Shown one piece after another: positions 55,101 through 62,898 of a stretch of DNA of 64,000 nt. Positions within the stretch are counted from its first letter, which is position 1. Each line of letters begins with the position of its first letter. Where the stretch lies: the IMG/VR virus record IMGVR_UViG_3300009703_004110, positions 1 through 64,000 of that record; one strand, 5' to 3'. A model generated the notes under the pieces. The model was not told the origin of the DNA. It searched no databases and was given only the letters and a program-made list of their open reading frames with translations. Made by a program: the position numbers and the translations under genes.

Positions 55101-56314
55101 TTAAGTTTCTTTTTAAATCCCTTTAGAAATCTCTGGCCTCTCTTGACCGATGCTAACGTTCTATCTAAAGAATCGTCATAACTGTCCAAGTTATTATATT
55201 TTCTTGAAAACCAATAAGATATAGTAGATTTTTGTGAAATAGAGTAGCTATACACATTAACTGCGACTTCATTTTTAAAGCTCGGAGCCTCTTCCAGATA
55301 TTCTTTCATAAGCGCTGGATTATCAAACCAACCTTCCTCTAGATTGTCAAAAAATCCTTTAAGGCCCAGTCTGCTCCAGTCGTCCCCTCGGCCTGTTGAA
55401 GCGCCAAAGATAGATATGCCAACAGAATCTATAACAATCTTGTATATTTGGTGGTAAAGTCTATTAGATAAATCTTCGACCATTTCATCATAGCCTTTAA
55501 AGTTCATGCTTTCTGGTGGCAGTGGCTCAGATGCTGCTTGTGAAATCTTAATATCATCTAGAATGGTAATTATTTGCGTTCTTTTTTGTGATATAGAGAG
55601 GTACTTAGAGTAAAGCTCTCCAACCATCTTCCTATATTCTTCTCTATCAATATTATAATCGACTTGAATATTTTCTGGCTTTAATTTCTGGCGATATCGA
55701 TAATTACCTTCTTCAACGTAATCATATCCGGGAATATTCATCTTTTCGTAATTACTTGGATTACGCCCTTTCTCTGCAATAAATTCCTCTAGTTTCTCAC
55801 GATATAGTTTTCTTTTTTCGGTCCATTCATCCTCCAAGGCAGCTCTTTCTTCTTCTAACCGTCTAGGATCTGGAAGTATACGAATCTCGGGCGGCATATC
55901 GGGAATTGAAGTCTGTGCCTGCTCCAAGTTATATGAGGGAATTTGTGCTTTTAACTCTGGATATCTATCTCTATATTCTTTTATTGTAACCAAGAATTCT
56001 GTATGATCAGCAGGAATTGACATAACTTCTTGCGCCAACTCTTCTTTACTTCTATCTGGGTGACTTCTCATTAAAACCTGAAGAAGCCTATTCCTCATTT
56101 TTCTCTGATCTTCCGGAATATAAACTTCTTGACTAGTAGGCCGAGGGCCTGCCTCACTCATTTCCGGCACGACCTCTGGCCGACCTTCTTCCGTTTCTTC
56201 ACGCACTTCTTCAAACAACTGAAGCTGCTCTTGAGCAAGCTTAAGAAGATAATTATATTCTGAATAAAAACCATTAGTTTTTAGATATTCTGCAAGTCTG
56301 CGAATATCGGTCAT
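52157..56314 (-). CDS. 1385-aa leader-bearing protein; putative internal virion protein
   Basis: MTDIRRLAEYLKTNGFYSEYNYLLKLAQ leader; C-terminal domain IGLETSCCQH...YILDNVE. Confidence 0.75.
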   Translation of the reverse strand: MTDIRRLAEYLKTNGFYSEYNYLLKLAQEQLQLFEEVREETEEGRPEVVPEMSEAGPRPTSQEVYIPEDQRKMRNRLLQVLMRSHPDRSKEELAQEVMSIPADHTEFLVTIKEYRDRYPELKAQIPSYNLEQAQTSIPDMPPEIRILPDPRRLEEERAALEDEWTEKRKLYREKLEEFIAEKGRNPSNYEKMNIPGYDYVEEGNYRYRQKLKPENIQVDYNIDREEYRKMVGELYSKYLSISQKRTQIITILDDIKISQAASEPLPPESMNFKGYDEMVEDLSNRLYHQIYKIVIDSVGISIFGASTGRGDDWSRLGLKGFFDNLEEGWFDNPALMKEYLEEAPSFKNEVAVNVYSYSISQKSTISYWFSRKYNNLDSYDDSLDRTLASVKRGQRFLKGFKKKLNKVLKSKSGARARIANSVIKHMQDEIHEKYLLFASEIEKEKDIATGYSYYHNQSGFYKTDSYRRSDEENLKKFNLISILHGKHTQISIIENFAYLISDIFNSVVSDVTKRILQPARDQASKIIIDEVIREATGYSVEDLRGSNISPEVAKSLVSNWTKFDPENRILYISALNYPKFLFKDKTLSGDMMSTSSQILGEKIVDTITGSLSSLDDNFNIELEKLIKRGYITIKSRDIADITTHILSKKKFLKPRLITVLKKKMVFASVRELPYRDSKEEMNQVTALEERYSSVTNLVSHNYFSKERLISDFLDGNINEEEETRYNRFNNEIKDFDRWMASGFRNVRRYDKPRHLEKIHKNIKSSLVNIINKRNENRGTSIFNKDYFSRQPFRGEDLEGLIKTTSELELLPEQYPDESIQAVIDKELEYAFGEEDKKRRTNEILGKVRQEIERNIRFNKELTFIKNSLPNLAQELRLMHAEVNYRLLAKKRGQIFKAVGPRTILKKFKALEGKPWLEGIPISVWAKEMIKGKAKEMEYPSKISDMTELYPIDDVSEFYREVSKKPRDMPPMFYAKLVTAKVLGITSYNNFIEMGNVLDQTWRAAEGNIGYEEVKTYFPDTLISVPGNFKKKISAAIRMAAFVHNRGEGLPKSFFANMLKSQNFKNWGKIHLVGRYFEACAQLKRLGGYRKIMETIYPVAKIMVEQGYIKRGFGARVKKLITLCNNPPKLVPGQPDFEENKRFIETALSDLKSVQEFGEYSEYNEETEIKSPDIHKIDWAPIGQKFRFRTLRTYDSLHFSIGLETSCCQHINGVGKNAAIDSYVNPLAGVLILEINTEVGWKIASQSYFHYVQSDHGYILDNVEASLYGRGAEYHIGYSMDDMYAAWATHVESKLRAKYVLCGKRFTKLDPDRFKKKSLRCDPRDFVYEYKYQGRTDWSPRSSIDLTTPKFKQKIKIKKKKAKISRSERIYRLSVIVDNNMLGITL

Positions 56315-56385
56315 ATTAACTCCAGCATTTTAAGAAGATTCTATTTTAGTCAAGTAAATTAGTAGCTGTAAGAGATATAATTACT

Positions 56386-57966
56386 CTAAATATTGACATA
56401 CTCTTTAACCCATAATCTTTGGCCTGCATCGTAAATTTTACACCAACCAAGTTCTTCTGCGTGTTCTTGTTGAGATAGGGATCTATTGTCCATATTTGCT
56501 CGACACTGAAGTCTATTATAGGTATGTCGTAAGTTCGTCCATTTCCACCCAAGAGTTTCTTTTGATTCTATAAATCCCATTTTTTTTAAAAAATTACCAG
56601 TTCCGTATCGTAAATCAACCCAATAATGGACAGATGAGAACTCATTATGTTTCTTCAGAAAACAGAATAATTTAGAGGCCCCGCCTACTACTACTGCACC
56701 ACATTTTGATGATAATCTGTCTATTTTGCATATTGAATTTTTAATCTTGTATGACAGTATCATTACCAATTGATTTTTATATTTAAGTCCAATATGTTTA
56801 GATTTAATATCACCCTTAATATGAGTTTCTTTCAAGAACTTTGAAGCTTCTTTTTGAGATAAAATAATAGGCTTTGTTTTTCTGGCAAAAATTCTATGTG
56901 ATTTTCCTAGATTATTTAAAACCATGGATCTAACTATTGGCATTTTATATAGGACCTCATCCTCTCTAAATTGAAAAATTCTAAGACCTTGTTTTTCATA
57001 TTCCCGTCTCATTTTAAAATGATAGCGCCTATCCGGTTGTTTTAGCTCTGAATGCCAATATAGCCCATCAACATTTACTGCTAACCCACCTTCAAACTTA
57101 AAATCTGGCCGATAACGAAGTCCTGGGAAATTCTTTAGATCATAAAAATTATTATATCGTGATACAGAAAATTCATCAGCAAAAATTCTCTCTATGTTGG
57201 TTATATTATTGTTGTAATCTGAAGCTATTATCTCAAGATCTTTCAAAGATGTTTCGATATTAATTCGTCTAATGAGATAATCATATGGCACCACAAAAGC
57301 TTCTGCTAGCTCTTTAACTGTTTTTCCATCTATAGAAATAGATGTTTGATTTTTAACTCTTGATGCGATTCGTTTTTTGCAGACAATATCAAGTTCTGAT
57401 GGATTCTGAACTCCGTATCTAGATACCATTGTTTCCTTAAATTTAGCAGCACCTATTTCGCTTTGCATAATGTGTCTCACACCATATTTGTTTTCTATTT
57501 TATTATAAATCTTTTTTGATGTTATATGGCTTCCGAAGCCTATACCCCCATATTTATGCTCCAATGATTTGGCCACCTTCTCTGCTATCTTGGCATTTTT
57601 CATTGGATTCTCAATACCATATTTTTTAAGATTAGCTTCCTTTGTTTTCTGTCGTATATCGTCATTTAATAGACAACACTCGTGTCCATATTTTTTTAAA
57701 TTAGTTTCTCTAATTTTTTCTTTTGTAGAATCTAAGGAGAAGGGGTTTTTTACGCCGTATCTGTCTAAATTAGTTTTCTCAAAATTATTGATTCTAGAGG
57801 CTTGTGCTTTATCTTTGTCTTTTTTTATATTAAGCCTTTTTATGGCCCTATAAATCGTAGCCTTAGGAATATCAAGTTCTTTAGATAACTCTGATAAACT
57901 TTTGTTATTTTTAATATAATGTAACTTCAAAAAATCTTCAGTAAGGATGGGGTATTTTTTGCTCAT
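56386..57966 (-). CDS. Free-standing homing endonuclease, paralogue of 40914-42401
   Basis: Repeated N/TL.KYG..NP units; RPDF..AVNVDGLYWHSE; VDLRYGTG; IYDAGQ. Confidence 0.8.
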   Translation of the reverse strand: MSKKYPILTEDFLKLHYIKNNKSLSELSKELDIPKATIYRAIKRLNIKKDKDKAQASRINNFEKTNLDRYGVKNPFSLDSTKEKIRETNLKKYGHECCLLNDDIRQKTKEANLKKYGIENPMKNAKIAEKVAKSLEHKYGGIGFGSHITSKKIYNKIENKYGVRHIMQSEIGAAKFKETMVSRYGVQNPSELDIVCKKRIASRVKNQTSISIDGKTVKELAEAFVVPYDYLIRRINIETSLKDLEIIASDYNNNITNIERIFADEFSVSRYNNFYDLKNFPGLRYRPDFKFEGGLAVNVDGLYWHSELKQPDRRYHFKMRREYEKQGLRIFQFREDEVLYKMPIVRSMVLNNLGKSHRIFARKTKPIILSQKEASKFLKETHIKGDIKSKHIGLKYKNQLVMILSYKIKNSICKIDRLSSKCGAVVVGGASKLFCFLKKHNEFSSVHYWVDLRYGTGNFLKKMGFIESKETLGWKWTNLRHTYNRLQCRANMDNRSLSQQEHAEELGWCKIYDAGQRLWVKEYVNI

Positions 57967-58909
57967 TTAAAATTTCCATATAATTATTTATAATTACTGA
58001 TGGAGAAAAATTATCTTCCATGTATTTTATCGCACCATTAGATAGATGATTATACAGTCTATCATCAGTCATTATTTCATTTATTGCTTGGACATATGAG
58101 TCTACATCATAACTGGTTATAATTCCTGTTTTATAGTTTTCTCCATGCAAGTAAATTTTTGGATGCGAAACACTCGGCACACCGCTCTGCCATGCTTCTG
58201 CCATAGCTAAGCCCATAGTTTCACTAAGAGACGTAACTATTAATAGTTTTGATCTTTTAGCATCTTCAATATGCTCAAAGTAATTATATGGCCTAGGGTA
58301 TCCGATATATTTAAACTCATACTTGCCCTTTAATCTCTGTTCTATTTTTTTAGCAAAATGTATATTCTTAACAAACTGCTTGCTATTGCCTTTCCATAAA
58401 ATAGATCCATCAGTCTCTTCTAACGGGCGCCACAAGTCTGGGTCAGGCCCAACTTGATACACGGATATATCCTTTAGATTGATCTTGTGTTCCTTAGCAA
58501 TCCTAAAAGACAGTCGCTCGTTGACCGCTAGAATTTTGTCGTATCCAATCTTCTTTAGAAAGAAACGTTCCTTTTCTAATTCAACTGTATCTAATACGTT
58601 TGGACCAATAATTATTTTCTTATTTAAGCTATTAGCAAAATTAATCGCCCTTGGTATGCCGTGAGACATTCCGCTCCAAACATGTAAAATATCTGAACTA
58701 AGAATGGCTCTAGATAATGCTTTTGAGTTGCTAATTGATAAGGCCGGAGCCCATTTGTCTCCTGTTGGCTTTAATATTGTAAAAATGTTAACCTTTATTT
58801 CTGGATATATTTTGTTTAAAAACTTTACAAAATTAACCAGACACATTCCCGGCCCATTAACAAAACGCCCGGCATATCCGTAGTTAAAGGCCAGAATGGT
58901 TATTTCCAT
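57938..58909 (-). CDS. GT-B (GT4-like) glycosyltransferase
   Basis: NGPG near the N-terminus; SLSETMGLAMAEAWQSGVP. Confidence 0.85.
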   Translation of the reverse strand: MEITILAFNYGYAGRFVNGPGMCLVNFVKFLNKIYPEIKVNIFTILKPTGDKWAPALSISNSKALSRAILSSDILHVWSGMSHGIPRAINFANSLNKKIIIGPNVLDTVELEKERFFLKKIGYDKILAVNERLSFRIAKEHKINLKDISVYQVGPDPDLWRPLEETDGSILWKGNSKQFVKNIHFAKKIEQRLKGKYEFKYIGYPRPYNYFEHIEDAKRSKLLIVTSLSETMGLAMAEAWQSGVPSVSHPKIYLHGENYKTGIITSYDVDSYVQAINEIMTDDRLYNHLSNGAIKYMEDNFSPSVIINNYMEILNEQKIPHPY

Positions 58910-58917
58910 TTAAACTC

Positions 58918-59124
58918 CTAGTCCTCTGCGTTAGTCTCCTCTATGACTTCTGCTTCGGCATCTTCGTCAGCTTGTGACTGATAAGGATCGACGCCCTTAT
59001 CAGTATCTGACACTAAATCATCAATTCCATATCTCATTAACTTCTTAACCTTAGCCAGTTTCTTAGTAAAACCACCAAGCGGTCTTTTAAACACTTTTGT
59101 TTCGCCATTCTTTTTGAATGCCAT
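58918..59124 (-). CDS. Hypothetical protein
   Basis: 68 aa, GGAG RBS. Confidence 0.6.
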   Translation of the reverse strand: MAFKKNGETKVFKRPLGGFTKKLAKVKKLMRYGIDDLVSDTDKGVDPYQSQADEDAEAEVIEETNAED

Positions 59125-59141
59125 TTTATCTCCACCTATAT

Positions 59142-59528
59142 TTAGGTTGCTTCATCTAGATTATAGATGATTTGCCACTTTAATCTATCAGAAACTTCTT
59201 CGCTCTTTAATATTTCTTCAACTCCGCCGCTAACGCCAAGCTCTTGACATATCTCTGCAACCACTTCTGGCGGTATATCTGCCATCTGTCTACCTAGAGA
59301 GTCTATCTGTCCTTTAAGATTGCCTATTATTTTAACAGCATTTTGAACAGTCGCCTTTTGTAGATCTTTTTTAGTGATCCCGGGGTCCAATTCGGTCGGA
59401 ATAGTGTATGGCACAGACTCTAAAGTCTTCTCCATGCCCCAAACATTTCGCTTGATAATATTTCTTTTATCTGAGCGATTTATTCGGTCCCTTCTATTCT
59501 GTTCTATTTGGTCCTTAGTTAGCTTCAA
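59142..59528 (-). CDS. Hypothetical protein with degenerate EE..IYNLD motif
   Basis: TTG start with GAGG RBS; C-terminal VEEILKS...IIYNLD. Confidence 0.65.
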   Translation of the reverse strand: MKLTKDQIEQNRRDRINRSDKRNIIKRNVWGMEKTLESVPYTIPTELDPGITKKDLQKATVQNAVKIIGNLKGQIDSLGRQMADIPPEVVAEICQELGVSGGVEEILKSEEVSDRLKWQIIYNLDEAT

Positions 59529-60420
59529 GCAGCCTCCTCATACCATCCTCAAATGATATATTCGGATTATACCCAATTGCTTTTAATTTTGAGATACTTG
59601 CCTGAGATCTCATAACGTCACCCGGTCTTTTATCTGCGTATATGGCCGGCGGTGCACCAGATAATTTATGAACTTTATTTATAGTTATCCTATCTTCGCA
59701 CCCTACATTGAACGCCTCACCATCAAACCTACCTTGATGTATTGCCACCAAAATGTTCGCTTGGACCACGTTGTCTACGTAACAAAAGTCTCTGTATTGT
59801 TCACCGTTCCCATATATCGTTGGCCTTCTGTCGGTCTTGGCACAATTTATAAATGCCGGAATAACCGCAGCATATGGGGAGTCGTGTCTCTGTCTCGGCC
59901 CAAAGACATTAAAGTATCTTAGGGACACCGTATCTAATCCGTAAATCTTAGAGTATAGCTTGCAGTATTGCTCTCCCATAGTCTTGTGCATAGCGTAAGG
60001 AGATTTCGGATTACAGTCCTTGCTCTCTGGCGTTGGTTGAACTAGTGTACCACCATAGATAGATGATGAGGATGAGAATACCACCCTCTTTACTCCATTC
60101 TGCCGAGCAGCCTCTAAGATGTTAATAGTGCCTGTAACGTTTACATCATGTGTGCCTACCGGATTCTCTATTGACTTAGGAACTCCCGGGTGAGCAGCTA
60201 AGTGAAAGACAATGTCCGGCTTCTCCATTGAGAATATTTGATACATCCTCGGTAAGTTTTCGATACTAACTTTTAAAACATTGATGTCGAAATAATTCAG
60301 ATTTGATTCCAAGCCTGTGGATAAGTTGTCGACAACTACGACTTCATGCCCTTTATCCACAAGTTTATCCACAAGGTGGCTGCCAATAAAGCCCGCTCCG
60401 CCCGTAACTAACGCTTTCAT
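59515..60420 (-). CDS. NAD-dependent nucleotide-sugar epimerase (extended SDR)
   Basis: TGGAGFIG, SSSS, YAMHK (YxxxK), RYFNVFGP. Confidence 0.93.
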   Translation of the reverse strand: MKALVTGGAGFIGSHLVDKLVDKGHEVVVVDNLSTGLESNLNYFDINVLKVSIENLPRMYQIFSMEKPDIVFHLAAHPGVPKSIENPVGTHDVNVTGTINILEAARQNGVKRVVFSSSSSIYGGTLVQPTPESKDCNPKSPYAMHKTMGEQYCKLYSKIYGLDTVSLRYFNVFGPRQRHDSPYAAVIPAFINCAKTDRRPTIYGNGEQYRDFCYVDNVVQANILVAIHQGRFDGEAFNVGCEDRITINKVHKLSGAPPAIYADKRPGDVMRSQASISKLKAIGYNPNISFEDGMRRLLEAN

Positions 60421-60812
60421 CAATAGTCCTTGTTGATAAGTACATCTAAATTGTAAGTTAAAATATTTCTAATGTCTTCATTTTCAGAAGTCAGTAGATC
60501 TTCTAAAGCATTGTTACCATAACAATTCTCATACTCTTTAACTTTGTTTAGAAGAATAAAGACCAGAAAGTCTTCAATTTTAAATTGATACTTAAAATCC
60601 TTTTTCATTTTCATTGCAATAAACTCTTTGATTTCTACTTCTATATTGTGCTCTATAGACGTCTGATCATAAACTGGACTAATGGCTGTATTCATATTTA
60701 CAGAAAATTGATCTGAGAAAAGATTTGGATTTAATATATCATTACATCCTATTAAACTCTCATATATATCTGCACTTTTTATTTCATCACTTATTTTTAT
60801 TCCATTGCTCAT
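60420..60812 (-). CDS. Hypothetical protein with LED..LTYNLD motif
   Basis: C-terminal LEDLLTSENEDIRNILTYNLDVL. Confidence 0.65.
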   Translation of the reverse strand: MSNGIKISDEIKSADIYESLIGCNDILNPNLFSDQFSVNMNTAISPVYDQTSIEHNIEVEIKEFIAMKMKKDFKYQFKIEDFLVFILLNKVKEYENCYGNNALEDLLTSENEDIRNILTYNLDVLINKDY

Positions 60813-61623
60813 CTGACCCTCTCATTTTAATTTGCTCACTAACGCATGCTTCCAATACTTCATGTGGAGAATTGCACCCTTCCATGTATCGTAACAAAGC
60901 CTTGGTATCCTTTGGGAAACATGCGCCACCGTAACTTAGCAGTCCATCATGCCCAGGCACAAGTGTGTGCATTGGATTAATCCAGTTGTTTTGAAGCATG
61001 GCAGATCTTACTTTATCATATTCTGCGTGCGGAGTGGCCTCACACAATGCATATAGCTCATTAAAGAATTGCACCTTTATGGCATAAAAGGCATTACAGG
61101 ATAACTTCATTAATTCTGACTCTTCATAGGAAGGCGTGCTATACTTAGTATTGCTTCTCTTTAAAGTGAAGTGCTTAGTATATAACGACATTAATTCCTT
61201 AACATCACCATATGAACCGTCATCTTGATTTGGATGTCCAATAACAATATGCTTTTGTGTCTCGAAATCTTCTTTAGCTGTCCTTGCAGTTAAGAATTCC
61301 GGATTATGTACAATCCTAAGACCATAAGTATCTCTTAGCATTCTACAGGTTCCAGGTAGCACTGTGCTCTTGATAACTACTACACCACGATAATTCTCTA
61401 TAGACAAGAAGGAGCATACCTCATGTAAAGCGTGTAGGCTGAAGCCTTCAGATTTGTTATATAAGGTGGGAAGACATAGGAATGTTATATCAGTATCTAA
61501 CAATACCCTTGGATTAATGTATGACATTTTATATTTGTCATAGACTCTAATATCTTCTTTTACACTTGAGAAGTAATCAGCAATCGCTCCCCCAACATAT
61601 CCATATCCTGCTACACCTATCAT
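60787..61623 (-). CDS. UDP-glucose/GDP-mannose dehydrogenase (short form)
   Basis: GYGYVG, CLPT, KSTVLPGT, NPEFL, GGACFPKD; lacks the C-terminal domain. Confidence 0.92.
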   Translation of the reverse strand: MIGVAGYGYVGGAIADYFSSVKEDIRVYDKYKMSYINPRVLLDTDITFLCLPTLYNKSEGFSLHALHEVCSFLSIENYRGVVVIKSTVLPGTCRMLRDTYGLRIVHNPEFLTARTAKEDFETQKHIVIGHPNQDDGSYGDVKELMSLYTKHFTLKRSNTKYSTPSYEESELMKLSCNAFYAIKVQFFNELYALCEATPHAEYDKVRSAMLQNNWINPMHTLVPGHDGLLSYGGACFPKDTKALLRYMEGCNSPHEVLEACVSEQIKMRGSDEQWNKNK

Positions 61624-61626
61624 AAG

Positions 61627-62265
61627 TTACCTCAGTAATTCTTTTTTAAAGAATATCTCTTCCATTCTCCAGTCATGTTTTGAGATCAAAAATGTGTTTT
61701 TAATCTTTTCGACCTGACCAGTTCTGGGATTAACTAAGTTGTTTTCATTGTAATAATGAACCTGATTACCACCAAGATCTTTTCTTCTATTTTCTCTACA
61801 AAAGGAAAATCCGTATATTCTACTTGGGTCTAGCTTGCCATGTATACTCTTTAAAATAAATAGAGTTAATAGGCCGGTGCTGGGACAATGACCTAAAATC
61901 TTTGTTAACTCTAGTTCATACTTAATAGGAAAACAATCAAAATTAATGTTTTGCTCTCTAAAGTATTTTCTAGATTTTTCATTACGATCTTTCTTGGCTC
62001 TAATAACCACCATATCAAGGCTATCTAATATTTTCTTTTTTTGCTCAAAAGTATAAACCAGATGGTCATTAGTTCCGCGTATCCAGACATTAGTCTTTCT
62101 TCCATAATCGCGTCTAAATTTTTTATTTAACGAAAAATCATTAAATCTTATTATTAGATCATGACTATCTATTTTGTGCCCATGACGTTGACCAATTTCG
62201 CACGGGCTATTTCCCACGATACAATAATCTTTACGTTTTGAGAATAATTTCTCTATATTTGACAT
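61627..62265 (-). CDS. GT29 (sialyltransferase-like) glycosyltransferase
   Basis: Sialylmotif L (IVGNS..G.KIDSHD.IIRFN..DYG.KT), S (PSTG...YGF), III (HYY), VS (HDWRME); start at MSNIEK. Confidence 0.8.
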   Translation of the reverse strand: MSNIEKLFSKRKDYCIVGNSPCEIGQRHGHKIDSHDLIIRFNDFSLNKKFRRDYGRKTNVWIRGTNDHLVYTFEQKKKILDSLDMVVIRAKKDRNEKSRKYFREQNINFDCFPIKYELELTKILGHCPSTGLLTLFILKSIHGKLDPSRIYGFSFCRENRRKDLGGNQVHYYNENNLVNPRTGQVEKIKNTFLISKHDWRMEEIFFKKELLR

Positions 62266-62322
62266 CCGCGGCCCCCACAAGTATTTTGTACTGCAGACTA
62301 TAATCATGCTCATTTCAAATAC

Positions 62323-62898
62323 TTAATTTTTTGGGACGGCCTCTATTCTAAGCTCTCCCTTTTTTGTAGTCTCTATCCGAACGATATTGAAATATTCAGT
62401 GATAGCTCTAGTCCACCAATCTAAGTCTTTTACTGTGATATGAGAATTTCTACCATTCGGAAGAATCTTCCTAGAAAGCCTGGTGGATATTGTAAAGTAT
62501 GCTGCCATATTAGTTAGATAAGCAATATACTCTAAAGTCGTTTTAACTTTGTCCTCTTCGATATGCTCCATTACATCCATACAAACTACAAGATCTGCTC
62601 TGGATGGAAGACTTGAAAATGATTTAATACACGGATCAAAGTTGGATATCTTTAAATTCAATGGCTCATCTAAAATAAAGTCAGCTATTTCAAAGGCAAT
62701 AGAGAGGGTCGCCTTTCCGCATCCATAATCTAATAGGCTTTCTACATTATATCTGTCTATAATATCATGAACTGCTTTGAAATGCTTATAAGAGTGCCTG
62801 CCGTACGCCAGCCGGTTTATATGAAGGTCTTTATTTAACTGTCGTAACTCATCTGATACTAAAATACCAAGTTCTAGTTTCTGGCCATTTATTATCAC
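62323..62898 (-). CDS. Class I SAM-dependent methyltransferase
   Basis: LLDYGCGK, DLVVCMDVMEHI. Confidence 0.88.
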   Translation of the reverse strand: MIINGQKLELGILVSDELRQLNKDLHINRLAYGRHSYKHFKAVHDIIDRYNVESLLDYGCGKATLSIAFEIADFILDEPLNLKISNFDPCIKSFSSLPSRADLVVCMDVMEHIEEDKVKTTLEYIAYLTNMAAYFTISTRLSRKILPNGRNSHITVKDLDWWTRAITEYFNIVRIETTKKGELRIEAVPKN

